This document shows positions 12,717 through 25,865 of a stretch of 64,000 bases of DNA, one piece after another. The stretch is from Octopus vulgaris. Lineage: Eukaryota. Made by a program: the position numbers and the translations under genes. Under the pieces are notes generated by a model. The model was not told the DNA's origin. It did not search any database and saw nothing but the letters and a program-made list of their open reading frames with translations. Every line of letters starts with the position of its first letter. The stretch's first letter is position 1. Where the stretch lies: assembly GCA_951406725.2 (NCBI GenBank), contig OX597814.1, forward strand, positions 20,212,001-20,276,000. Direction: 5' to 3'.

Positions 12717-13069
12717 CAGAGATATAACAGTGCAGTAAGAAGTTTGCTTCTTGACACCGCATGATTCTGGGTTCAGGTTCAGTCCCACTGTGTGGCACCT
12801 TGGGCATGTGTCTTCTATAGTCTCAGGTTAACCAAAAACATATGAGTGGATTTTGTAGATGGAAACTGAAAGAAGCCTGTTATGTGTGCATGTGTGTCTG
12901 TCTGAACACAGATTTGTTTACAGACTGCTAAATTGCTAAGTTATTGATGAGAAAAAACATGTTTAGGTTATTAAACCCAAAAGTGTTCATAATTTAACAT
13001 TAACAACATATAAAGCAACAGGCTTGAAATTTTACAGTTATTTGTTAAGTTTATTGTATTTTTTTTTTA

Positions 13070-13375
13070 TTTATGTGCCCTTTTCAAGCCTAGCCAGGCT
13101 CATGGGCCCGGTTTCCCGGTTTCTATGGCGTATGTGTTCCCCCCAGCTGGACGAGAAGCCAGTCCATCACAGCATTACTCAAGAACCATGAAGAAAGAGT
13201 GAGAGAAAGTTGGGGCGAAAGAGTACAATAGGGGTCACCACCAACCCCTGACGGAGCCTCGTAGAGCTTTAGGTGTTTTCGCTCAATAAACACACACAAC
13301 GCCCAGTCTGGGAATCGAAACCGTGATCCTCTAACAGTGAGTCCGCTGCTCTAACCACTGGGCCAATTTGCTTCC
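13070..13375 (-). mobile_element. tRNA-derived SINE, fourth type
   Basis: Minus strand head tggcccagtggttagagc..gtttcgattcccagac carries A and B boxes. Confidence 0.65.
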
Positions 13376-13900
13376 ATTAAGTTTATTTTAGTTTATATTA
13401 CTTGCTTTACAATTGTGTGATTTTTGTTTTTATTCTACAATTTGGTTACTCAGTTAACCTATTTACCTATACATCTCTCAATTTCTCTCTCCCATCCCCT
13501 CCAAGCAACTATCTATCAAGCTATCTGCATGTGCTTGTGTGTGTGCATGCATATTTGTCTATCTGTCTAAATATCTATCTCTGTTACTTCTCCAGTCTAT
13601 GCAGTTTAACTTAAAAACTTAAACCAATGACAAGGTATCTATTGTCTATTTTATTATTTTGCTATCTTGTTATTTTCATATTAATCTCTCACATTACAGT
13701 AAGCCAAACATAGCTACACTGAGTTAATACTTACAATACAAATATGTTTCTTCTGATATACATTCTTTTACATGAATAAATATATATATATATATATAAT
13801 CAATCAATATAGGGTGGCAAAAAAAATTTTGTAGAATTCTTTTGCCACCAGCGGCCTAGTGGGAAAAAATAAATAGTCATAGACCATTTTTAAGTTCAAC

Positions 13901-14119
13901 ATCAACAATCAAGGAACGGCCATAATAGGCCATTCACCCACTAGAAATAACAGCCAAAGCATCAACCGCAAATAAAAATTAATTCCGTAAACCAGGAGAG
14001 GGTAAATGTTTTTTAAATTTTCTCCTGGTTTACGGAATTAATTTTTATTTGCGGTTGATGCTTTGGCTGTTATTTCTAGTGGGTGAATGGCCTATTATGG
14101 CCGTTCCTTGATTGTTGAT
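13901..14119. repeat. Perfect 99-bp-arm inverted repeat, 21-nt loop, in a (TA)n-bounded insert (13799-14119)
   Basis: 13901-13999 is the exact reverse complement of 14021-14119. Confidence 0.95.
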
Positions 14120-14149
14120 ATATATATATATATATATATATACATACAT

Positions 14150-14970
14150 ACGCAGATGTGGCTGTGTGGTAAGAAGCTTGCTTCTTCCCAACCACATGGT
14201 TTGAGATTCAGTCTCACTGCATGCCACCTTGGGCAAGTGTCGTTTACAATAGTGGATTTGGTAGACGGAAACTGAAAGAAGCCCGTCGTATATATGTATA
14301 AATATATGTATGTGTGTGTGTGTGTATATGTTTGTGTGTCTATGTTTGTCCTCCCAACATCGCTTGACAACCGATGCTGGTGTGTTTATGTCCCCGTAAC
14401 TTAGCGGTTCAGCAAAAGAGACCGATAGAATAAGTACTAGGCTTACAAAGAATAAGTCCTGGGGTCGATTTGCTTGACTAAAGCCGGTGCTCCAACAAGC
14501 CGCAGTCAAATGACTGAAACAAGTAAAAGAAAAAAAAAATATATATATAAGGCGCAGGAGTGGCTGTGTGGTAAGTAGCTTGTCTACCAACCACATGGTT
14601 CCGGGTTCAGTCCCACTGCGTGGCACCTTGGGCAAGTGTCTTCTACTATAGCCCCGGGCCGACCAAAGCCTTGTGAGTGGATTTGGTAGACGGAAACTGA
14701 AAGAAGCCCGTCGTATACATGCATATATGTATATATATATATATGTGTGCGTGTATGTTTGTGTGTCTGTGTTTGTCCCATCCAACATCGCCTGACAACC
14801 GATGCTGGTGTGTTTATGTCCCCGTTACTTAGCGGTTCGGCAAAAGAGACCGATAGAATAAGTACTGGGCTTACAAAAGAATAAGTCCCGGGGTCGAGTT
14901 GCTCGATTAAAAGGCGGTGCTCCAGCATGGCCGCAGTCAAATGACTGAAACAAGTAAAAGAGTAAAAGAG
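14150..14970 (+). mobile_element. Two head-to-tail copies of the main SINE
   Basis: 14150-14530 (internal deletion) and 14550-14970 (full length). Confidence 0.85.
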
Positions 14971-15032
<62 letters not shown>

Positions 15033-15814
15033 TTTTTACTATACCTTGATTATAAACTTTTCCATCTGAGCCCTTAGTGTTTTCCTAGATCTCATTATAA
15101 TATCCTAAGTTTCATAGTGTACACCTCTTTAACTGAATATAATGACAAGAGTTAATGTCATCCCTACTCAACCACATTATGGGCATTTACTACTATCTAA
15201 TTGATTCCTAAAGAGTTTGTTTCTTTTTGTGGTGAGGGGTACTTATGACAGTAAGAAATTAAGGAACAGGGGAAACATCTAGTAATATCTATTTATGACC
15301 AGCAGCCAGCTCTGAGCTATCAACTCACAATGCTCTTTATTCTCAATAAACACAGTCTTCTAGCCTTAGATCTTATGTTGATGATAAGAAGATAGATAAA
15401 AAAATTAGAAATGAATTACAATTCTATGGCCCCCACTGTGTTCCATGCCACTCCTAAATTGTAGCTGTTCTTCTCTTAGCTTATTCTTGCTGCAATAGTG
15501 GCAACATGAAATTCTTTCATCTTCTTGCTCTGATAAAACATTTGAGAAAAATTATATTAAATTATCCCATCTGTTGAAAATCCATATTTCTTGCAACTGA
15601 AGATGGCACTGTATTTAAATTGATGTAATGCTTGCATTGTTCAATTAAATGAAGCCTCTTGAAATGGTCATATTGCACTAATACTTGACATCCTGTTATT
15701 TATTTTGATTTTATTCACCTTACTTCAAGTTGTGCAGATAATACCAGACTGGCTTGATGCCTTAGCTCAGGTACCTAATCTTAATTATTTCTTTTATATA
15801 TATATATATATATA

Positions 15815-16570
15815 TCTTTCCTTCTCCTATGTTTCCGACGAAGAGCTCCGCTCGAAACATTAAACCCTCCTTCTTCCCTTCTTTCCTGAGCATCCAATAA
15901 TACTTTATTTGTTTCACGTCCTCGCATTGCTGTGTTTTTTTTTGTGTTTTCTTGTTTGGATTAACCAGATATATATATATATCTTGTGAGAATTTACAAA
16001 AAAACAAAAGACAAAGACGGATGTGTAAACAACAAACAGATGTATTAGTTTAACACTCGGGAAGTGAGAAAGTCTTTTATGTTTCGAGCCTACGCTCTTC
16101 GACAGAAAGGAACACAGAAATCAAATGCCGGACAGAGGGGTCAAATAGGAGAGAAAAATGCAGATGGCATGAGGAGAAAAAAATACAAGAAATGGGAGGA
16201 GAAGAAAAAAATAAAAACAAGGAGAGAAAGAAGGAGGAAGAAGGAAGAAACAAGGAGAATGGGGAAGAAAGGGAGAAGAGAAGACAAAAGGGGAAAGGGA
16301 GGGAGAGAGAGGCAAGGTAACAATACATACATATATATATATACATATTCAAAATGTGACCGTGTGTGTACTGTTGGCGATTTTTTTCCTCTGTCTTCCC
16401 TTCTCTGGATCTTTCCTTTTCCTATGTTTCTGACGAAGAGCTCCGCTCGAAACGTTAAACCCTCCTTCTTCCCTTCCTTCCTGAGCATCCAATAACACTA
16501 TATTTGTTATTTGTTCCACGTCCTCGTGTTGTTGTGTTTTCTCTTTGTGTTTTCAGGTTTGGATTAACTT
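15815..16570. mobile_element. Cluster of Penelope-like terminal-repeat units in (TA)n carrying hammerhead motifs
   Basis: Direct repeats 15815-15965 and 16410-16570 (+), related unit 15985-16120 (-); each has a CUGANGA-like/stem II/GAAAC core. Confidence 0.65.
16426..16460 (+). ncRNA. Minimal type I hammerhead ribozyme motif (Penelope/retrozyme type)
   Basis: GUUU CUGACGA A GAGC ucc GCUC GAAAC GUU AAAC: stem I GUUU/AAAC, intact core, stem II, palindromic ACGU helix III, GUU cleavage triplet. Confidence 0.65.
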
Positions 16571-17639
16571 TATATATATACAAAAATTCTATAATTATAA
16601 GCATAATTAGGGTTCAGCAAATTGCTTCACCACATACCGAAATTTAGAAATAGCAGTTAAATAATATTCCTCTACCATAAGATATCTCCCAGACAGCAAC
16701 ACTCTTAATTTACGTAGGTAAAGAGAAAAAATAACAAATCCACCCAGTTTTGATCAACCACAAATGCGTTTCTGGATTAAAGAGATGTAAAATTTTAATT
16801 TTTACTCACTTATTTCCTTCTTCAGTGTATTATTTCAATTGTAAATTTGAGAGTACTAATAATTAAATATGTATTCGATGTCGCTTGGTCGAATACGTAT
16901 TTATCTCTGTTGACACTGGAAGAATCTTCCAGTGTCAACAGAGATAATAACTCTCTAAACTTTCCCCACCTTGCTCTTATTCTGGCCAGTATATTTTCAA
17001 GGCGCTCTTCTCCACTTGATTAGATCTTCTAAGTAACAAAAGCTATCAACCATTTCAAAGCACTGGAAGGTGCTCTGACAGCTACCCACCTCTGTGCATT
17101 TGCTACATGCAAAGACTCTATTCACTGTCAGACTGCTTGTCATTCCACAACACCTTTTGTGCATGTATATATCACATTGAATACATTGTATGGAATTTCT
17201 ATCTACTCCTTTTCTGTATATTGATTGCAGCCACTTCCTTCAGAGTAGCAAATTCCTGTCTTCTTTCCTTCTTTCTAAAATTTTAGTCTTCTCTAAGCTT
17301 ACTCCATAGCCTCTCAATTCTAGGTTTTGTTTGCACATCAGGAACTTCTCTAAATCTTCCATAGTCCTGTATATAAGTACTCTGTCATCAGCATACAGGG
17401 GTCCTTATGAAGAACCCATTTTAAATTCCTCTATTATATCAGAGAACTGCAAGAAGAATGAAAAGACGGTTCTCCAGGCAGTTATTATTGTTGCAGGCTT
17501 TGATAACAGGCTTCAATTGTTGGTAGAATCATTCAGTCATGTGGAGCAGTATATGCTCACCTACAACATTAAGAGACATTTCAACACTTAAGAGTGATAT
17601 CAATGCAATAAAAAGGTGAGATTCAAACTGATTTCTCTC

Positions 17640-20100
17640 TTCTGTGCTGATTGTAACAGGCATGCCAAAATGCAATGTCCAATGTTGAATGAAAATCTAA
17701 GCAATAGATTCTGCTGTAGTCTCTGAAAGTCACTATGAGAATAGATCAATTCAGGTTAATGGTTGGTTTGCAATTCTGTGAGAAAGGAAATTGTCCCATC
17801 GTGTTGATGTTCACATGCTGAAAACATGTATCAGGTATGGAGAAGGTGCCTAAAAAGGTTTTTCATGGTGACGAGTCTAGGCTTTCTGGCATGTGAGCCA
17901 AATCCTGGGTTGTCCTAGATGTCCTTGTTGATACCAATCCAATAAAATGGGCCAATATCACCTTCCGGATGAAACTGGCACCAGGATTCAGTAAATTGTG
18001 TAGAGGAGAAATATAAAATATGTCTGATTCAGTAGTATGTAACAGCATTGATGACCAGTAGAAACATCGCACCAAATATATTCCAGATAAGAAAGTAGAG
18101 GAACAAGCTGAAATTTCAAAGAAGAGTAATTTTGAAGTTGAAGAATTTTTCATTTCCCTTTTTGATCAGTAGAAAGCTGCTGCATATTACTGGATACAGA
18201 AGTGTGCAGTGCATTAAGATGGATACAAGAAAGTGCATCCACTGTAGAATTGTTTGAAACCGGAATGTGATGAATACTAGTCATATTGCAATATATACTT
18301 AAGGCAGCATAGTTCTCAATGTGTGTGAAGATCAAGCTTTGAAGGTATAAGTGAGAGGCTAGTGATCAGTGTGGAGGCAGAAGACAGAAGCTTTTAACAT
18401 GTGTAAGAAATATTTAACTTTGAGATAATGCTAATAGTTTTCTCACAGAAGCACTGCATTTTATTTCATTTGGCTTGAGATGTTTTGAGAGGAAAGTAGT
18501 TGCTAAAGGCTGTTCACTCATTGCCAAAGAAAGCCATCATTACCACTAACAGAGTGGTGCATCAGAGTTGAGATAAACTGATCAAGAAGATTCAGTTAAG
18601 AAAATGTTTATTTTAAGAAAAGCAGTAAATTGTGTATCAACAAGTGTGAGAATTTTTGTTTCTTTAATTTTCTCAAAGAAGCAGAAAATCCAAGATAGAT
18701 GTAACCGTATTGTCAAGTGAGTGAATTCTATGTACATTAATGAAATGTCTCGGGAAAGATAAAGAAGTAGCCTCCAAAAGATATTTATTTACTGAGGTTA
18801 TTAATGACATAATGTTGAGAAAGTCAATTAAAAAGGAAATGGAGATTTTTTTTATGTTCATCACAATATGCTGGAGACCAACAGATCTGCAATATAGGTA
18901 TAAACAAATGGTAAGCTACAAGTTACAGTATCACTGAAGCACTGGAACATTGATAATGGCATTTAAACAAAATCAAAGAGGGCAAAATGGTTCATGGTTT
19001 GCAGTTTTATGACTTTCATCCAGCTCAGTAGGTATCTGGTTGTAAGCAAACACATGATCAACTTTAGAGAATATTTTAGCACCCCAAAGAGGAAGAGAAG
19101 TCCTATGATTAGGGTAAGGGTACTTACAGGATTTAGAGCAGATCTTAAGAATTCAATAGTTGTCACAAGCTCATCAGTCATAGGCTGTTTTTTATTTTTT
19201 TTCAGGGGCCATTGAAAGGGGAAACAACCAGTTGCTATCATCTGGAAAAGACTTTCTAACTAGAAAGGGTATGGTCTGGTCAGCCTGTAATGACATGCAT
19301 AAGATCTGGTCATCAAATCTAAGTAGAGACTTCAAACTTGAAATATTCAAAGCCACAGTCAAACCAATTCTACTATATGGCTCAGAAACCTGGACGTTAT
19401 CAAAGAAGCTTGAGAGGCGGTAGGATGGAACCTACACTCGCCTCCTTATGAGAGCTCAATATCTTTCGTGGAGGCGCCATCCAACCAAAATGCAAGTATA
19501 TGGGAAACTACCACCTGTGTCATCTCTTGTGAAAGGTAGGAGAGCCCAGTTTGCTGGACATTGTTGTAGAGCTGAAAAAGAGGTAATTTCTACTCTTCTC
19601 CTTTGGAAGCCATCTACTCGTAATACCAGAGGGCGCACACTCTCTTACCCTGATGTAATCTCCAGGGATACAGGCATCCAGCAACAGGACCTCCGTAATG
19701 CCATGATGGACCGTGAAGTATGGCGTAGCATGGTAAATTCCATTGTCTCGACCACGGTCGAACAATGATGAAATGATGATGATCAGATGGGCAAATAATA
19801 CCCAATTCCGGGATATGATTGAATTCTGCCTTAGTGATCTGAACAAAATTAGAAGTTGCCATGGTTTTGAAAAATAATTGTGGACTAATAGTCGATGAAT
19901 AATGATAATGTTTGGTAATGGAATGTCAGAGTAGGCAATTTCAGGGTATTTGCAAGAAATAATGCCATATCCACCTGAAGAAGTGACTTAAAATTTTGTT
20001 TCCATGCAATTAACAGTACAAAAAAATCATGTTGAAGGTTGAAGTCCATGAGCCATGGTCAAAGGTGCCAACGGACCAAGAGCTCTGGTTTCAAATTTTG
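17640..20100 (-). mobile_element. Heavily decayed Ty3/Gypsy pol (RT-RNaseH-integrase order)
   Basis: Minus-strand remnants KAEFNHIPELGIICPS, HFALFDF, IHHIPVSNNSTVDALS, LHNLLNPG, GTFSIPDTCFQHVNI. Confidence 0.65.
19238..19785 (+). mobile_element. RTE-clade LINE 3' end nested in the Gypsy RT
   Basis: KLEIFKATVKPILLYGSETWTL..RRAQFAGHCCR..AMMDREVWR, then a (GAT)n tail; Gypsy RT sequence flanks both sides. Confidence 0.85.
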
Positions 20101-21199
20101 ACTGAGGTGAATACCATGAAATGAGCAGATTTACTGAATAAAAGCTGTAGTAGTTGTCTAGCCCCAGTCAATCCTGATCAAAGATGTCCAGCCATGAGTA
20201 TTTCATTGTTTCCCCAGAAACTGTGCACAGAAAATCATATCATTGATTGTGTTCTTTTCTGAGATAGTAGGGTATCCTTTTAGGAGGATTTTGTTGCAGA
20301 TAGAAAGATTCTAGAAGATATTCTTTGTTGGCTTAAAACTGTTACATTTCAATTAGAAAGTAAAAATGCAATCAATCACAAGAGTAACAGCTTTGTCATA
20401 GGATCTATTTTTCGGATTCGACACAAAATCATTTGTGTGTAAGTACGTTTATAGGAGAGAGAGAGAGAGAGAGAATATGTCCAGTGAGCAGGTATCACTT
20501 GTTGCTGCTGTTGGGTCCCTGGTTACCATTGAACAAGCAGATCTAAGATATTTCAACAATTACCATCCCATCTATTTAACATTATCTTATGAGGAGGATT
20601 TGGCAGTTATTTCTAGCAGGTCGAGTGACCATGTAGAAGTTTCATTTGTTGACTGGAAGAGGGTATTAGTTTATTAACGTATTCTGTTATACTGACAAAA
20701 GGGCGGTTATCTTTGAATAGTCGACCCTCTCTCAATGCCATACCCAATAGGAAAATGTACGGAAATCGGAAGGACAAAAGTGTTCTGTTGTAGAAATCAT
20801 CGGAATTCGAATGTTTGTGTGTGTGTGCGTGCGTGCCATTGTTTAGTTTTATATCAAGATTTCTTACCAATAGAGAAAGAGCCGGTTTCTAACCTAGATC
20901 CAAGGCTCCGTCATAGGGATTTCAACATTAACAACAGAGTATTTTTGTTTGTATGTATGTATGTATGCAGATTTGTGTTTTGCATTATCATGCATATAGT
21001 TGGTATGTAGGAAGGTAGGTAGATATGTATGTATGAATGTATAACGTTCGATAAAGAGATGGAGTGCACATTTGAGACCTCCGTCCATAGTAATATTATA
21101 AACGAAATGAAAAAACAACAACAACAAAAAAACTACCCTTTTCATCTTCTTTAAGGTATGGGGGACTTCGAGAAATAGTTATACTAAAACTCCAACGTC

Positions 21200-22128
21200 G
21201 AAGGTTTGAGTTAAAGTCTGCGCACATACTCGTATTTCAACCAGAGTACAAGAAATTAATGTACGCGCAAAAGGTTACTTGTTGAAATGGTTAAACTAAA
21301 GCGTTACACCATTCAAAAAAAACAAAAAAATGTGTGTAATAGGTGTAAAACAACTTCCTCTGAACGAATATGAAAAAAAAAAAAAAAATGCGCGCACGCG
21401 AAAGGGGAGTGAGGGAGAGGCCTCGGAAAATTCACATCGGGAATTTCCGAAAGCGTCTGAGGGGCTGACCCGGGCACCAAAACAAAAAAAAAAAAAATAG
21501 TGTAATGTGTAAAACAACTTGAAATTAATATAGAAATTACTAATTCTACATATTATGTTGCGCACAAAGACTACTAAAGATTAGTGAGCATAGCAGGATT
21601 TGAACGTAGAGCAGAGCGGTACGAACTACTAAACTAGATACAAAACATCCAGTTCCGAGCACTGTTGCACATTCTCTCTCTCTGTCTCTCTCTCTCTCTC
21701 TTTCTCTTTCTCTCTCATATGCACCAGACTTCAGAGTTATAGAAGAGTAAACATGAGATAACACGACGTTCATACAAGGAATAAGCAACACATGATAAAT
21801 AAAAATGAAATTACATCAGCAAAAATCGAAATTAGGTTTAAGACTCAGCTCGCACTGAATACGTTCTTTTTTCTATAGCGTTAAACTTTTTGTCATAAGA
21901 TATGTTTACTTTTTTTTACTTAAAAGACAACAAAAAAAAAGATACAATTGCCATGTGACAATCAAATTAATCAAGCGTGTATTTATAGCGAGTAGAGGCC
22001 ACCGTAAACGCGTCTCTCTCTCTATAAAGGGAGTGACACTGATTGGCCAGAGGAAAGTAAAGTCGGTGCAGCTTCATCAGAACGAGGCTGGTCGTCAGCT
22101 AGGCTCCAAATTAGAATTTTCCTCGAAA
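21200..22128 (+). promoter_or_regulatory. Probable promoter / 5' region of the TRIM gene
   Basis: Transposon-free, visibly CpG-richer than the rest of the window (tgcgcgcacgcg, gtacgcgca), tataaa at 22023 and reverse CCAAT (ctgattggcc) at 22039, just upstream of the ATG. Confidence 0.5.
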
Positions 22129-22639
22129 ATGGCAGGATTAGAACAAGACTTAACGTGTTCTATGTGTTTTGAACTATTTACTAATCCAAAAGCGCTTCCA
22201 TGTCTACATACTTTTTGCCAAGATTGTTTACACCAATATATAATGAACAAGGAGGATTGTGTTCGGCAAACAGGTCATTTAACATGTCCAATTTGCCGTT
22301 CATGTTGCAAACCCCCTGAACCAAAAGATCCTGACCCTGGAAAATGGGCCCAATCGTTTTCTAGTAATCATCTTATTACAAGCCTTTTAGACAGATATGC
22401 TGCTCAACGAAATCATCAGCCTGAAACTTCTGATAATCTCAAAGACGTTACTGAAGTGGTTTGTTCATGCACTAAGAACCCAGCTGTTCGATGGTGTGAA
22501 CAATGTTCCTATCCTCTCTGCAATGTTTGTGAATCCGAACACGATAAATACCATGTTATTGTCGATATGACATCTAAGCACGTAAACAGTACTTCAGGTG
22601 CTGAATCAAAACTGGAAAATTCATGTCCTAAACATCCAG
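22129..22639 (+). CDS. TRIM E3 ubiquitin ligase, coding exon 1 (C3HC4 RING, B-box 1, start of B-box 2)
   Basis: aaaATGg start; CSMC..PCLHTFCQDC..CPIC RING; CSC..WCEQC..LCNVC..H..H B-box; ends CPKHP G|gtaaat, phase 1. Confidence 0.92.
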
Positions 22640-25600
22640 GTAAATATAATTGTATTGGTTTTTTAAAAATTTTATTTAACATTATTCATCTGTAACCTTT
22701 TTATATACTTACACCCACTAATAAATTAAATAGACGATAAATTTAGCTTAAAACTTGCTCATTTTAATGTATGCTTATTATATATATATTCCTTGTAGAT
22801 AAGCCCCCCAAAAATACAATATTAATATTTTAATTCTACATTTAAATTTCAACAGCTTGGCCTGCTTGCTTTCCCCCCTCCTGGGGTCTGCAAAACTAGT
22901 ATCACTGAAATTAATTACTCATTGCAATGTGTTGGGGGTCGAAATCGGGCGACACTTGCCTACAAATGAAAGGTTTTATATGCCTTGGAAAGAAATCGAT
23001 ATTTGATGCTCTATACAAATAATCCTTATTGTTGCTAAACTCATTTTGTATTAAATTAATTGAATAAGGAAAAACCAGCAATGGCATATTTTTTTATTCA
23101 GTTTTCCACATTGGATATTATTATATAAACGAATGTTGCAACAATTAACGCAGTGCTCTCTCTCTCTCTCTCTCTCTTTTAATTTCAATTTCAGCGAAAC
23201 TTAAAATATTTCTCGTGTCTTAACTAATGTTTAAAAAAAACCATATTTGAAGTTCTTTTTTCAACTCAGCTACTTCTTCGGTGTTACTTGTAATAAATAT
23301 TCTGTTGGTATTCTATAAATACACAAAAATATATGGAATCAATTCCACTACATCAAGCGTGTATCGTAAAAACATAAACACACTGTATATGTAACATTAT
23401 TTATTGGTGTGTTCGTGTGTCCGTCTGTGCCTGCTCCTGTATTTAGACATTCGTTCAATGTTGTTAGCATAGTTCTGTTTAAAAGGCATCTCTTTATAAA
23501 GTGAAAACCCCCACCACTAGTTTCAACAATATTGGATAATGCATTAACAGGAATTTGTTCTTCAACAGGCGTGACCACTATGTATAGTTTACAGCAATGT
23601 TTCGCTAAAATGGACACGTTGTCATATTACCATCTAGTTTCGTTTTACTCTCCTCTGATGAATTCAATCAAGTTGTTCCGAATGACCGTGAAAATTATAA
23701 AAACGACGAGATTATTATTCCTTTATTTTAAAAATGATTCATCGCTCCCTAAGAAAGTCTGCCTTTTTTTTTTTTGCGGGAGACGAAATCCTTTTTTTCG
23801 TATCGATTAAATTCGTCAGTAACAGTGGATCGTTTGGCAATGATTTTGATATTCTGCTTGTAATTTGTTCGACATGTATAAACTGTCCCGTGACATAAAA
23901 TGATACAATAAGAAACTCGATAAGACGTATTTTTCTTTTTGATTTATTTACATCTTTTTCCATTCATTTCTGTGTTAGAAAATAATATAATTTTGCTAAT
24001 ATCATTACTTCAATTGAATACACATTAAAAAAAAAAATCCAGATAGCTTGTTTTTTCTGTAGTTTGACAGTTTCTGTGTCCCGTTTTTACCGTTTTCACC
24101 ACACATATACAGATATGCGCCTACACACATATATATATCTTTGTCTCGCTACTCTGAGTTGTCCTTCATTCTTGTGAAGTGGAAAGTGCTTGTGGATTTA
24201 TAGTTTGTGGGGATCACTTTGGTTTTGTTTGTATGTTGTTTTTTTCTTCTTCATAGGTAATTAGGTTTAGATAATGCTTAGATATTCGTTTCTAATTTTG
24301 GGAGGTTCTGTGGCGTATATATATATAAGTTTTTAGTAAATAGTGTTACGTGGTTGATTTTAAGATGTAATACGGATCATTTATAATCGATTGAACTAAT
24401 TTCTATTTTAGAGAAAAGTGTTTCAATTAGATGAGGAAATCCTATAACATCGGAATAATTTTGAGAATAAGATATTGAATGAACGATAACGCAATAAAAG
24501 GCTTATATATGATTTCACCTTTAAATAAAATCACTAAAAATTAGAAAATTTATCTGAATAGTCACCATGTAAAAAGTACGTGTTGATAAACTAACAAGGA
24601 ACATTTCGCAATGGCAAAATTTATTGCTTCCATGCCATTCACAGAAAATTGTAGTGAAATGTTTTGGGGGCTCTTTCACTTGTCCGTGTAACTACTGGGA
24701 TTCTGAAAAGAATGTACCTGAAGAATACAGGATTACTTGAAATTTGTATCTAATAATACAATGATTTATAATAATAAATGATTGCATAATATTCTTGTTT
24801 TACTATATATGTAGAGTTGTGTGTATTAAAATATAACTAGATCAAGCCTCGTGAATAAAATCGATAGGGTATAATAAGGGAAATAATCCCTAAATTTTAT
24901 ATCAATATCAATATATCAACAAATTTAGGAATATACTGTTTTTCCTTATTTGCCATTAGTAGTGCAACAATTTCTGTCTTTTCCTTTATTGTGGTGTGTG
25001 CACACGCGCTTTTATAGATATCCTCTTCAGTAAATCCAATCTATAATTTTATACGGGAAATGGGAAACCGAGGGGCTTAACCAGGTAAGAGAACTACTGA
25101 TTTAGATAAAGGGAGATTGGTGGCAAGGGTGTAATCTTACATTTCAAATGTCAGAATTTCTAAATTATGCTATCAGTTTTTATGTGCTGGTTAGAATCAG
25201 TTTTTATTTTTTTTTAAGAAATTGTGGATCAGCATTTTCATTAATGGGTTCGTAGCAACTCTATTCTTTTAATACCTCTAATTACATATTTATATACATT
25301 TTTTTGGTATTTGTTTTGCAATATTGAGGTTCATTTTGTCAATAAAAAAAGAAACTCACTAATTACGTTTTGCTTCATTTTATTATCATCATCATAATCA
25401 TTCGTTGATTAGGTAAGTTGTAAACTGATAGACATAAGTAAAATCTAACCAGTGCACGAGGTTTATTGGCAAAATGACCCTCCCAAGATTTTCTATTAGT
25501 GTTCTGTTAGCATCCCCTACCCGCAAAAAAACCCTCTAAAAGGGAAACTGCTGCTATGTTCCTAGCTTTAAAGGAAGCTGCTAGTTACAAACGTTTTTGT

Positions 25601-25657
25601 TTCTTTCTTGCTTTGTTTTGATATCCTCTTGCTCGTCTTTTTGAAAATGCTAATAGA

Positions 25658-25865
25658 CCCATTTGATACCAACCCGGCTCTGGCTCTGAGTACAAATATC
25701 TTGTTTTCATAAGTTTTGAATGAAAATCTTCCACCAAACCTTAGTTACAATTTATATTCCTAACACTAGCTGAATGATAACTAAGTTATTTTACTAAATT
25801 CTTTGTTATATTTAAAGTAATTGAAAGAAACACAGCATCTCAAAATAGATACAGTAACGAAAGGG
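25658..25865. mobile_element. piggyBac-type MITE, second copy
   Basis: Aligns with 35317-35536; ends aaaggg-TTAA, left end decayed. Confidence 0.75.

Noticed and set aside
4009-16495. Low-complexity ORFs such as 4009-4494, 11063-11394, 14045-14940 and 16064-16495
   Set aside because: Translations of microsatellites, SINEs or purine-rich tracts
21955-22128. N-terminal extension of the TRIM ORF from GTG
   Set aside because: Non-ATG start; ATG 22129 has good context and sits just before the RING, as is usual for TRIMs
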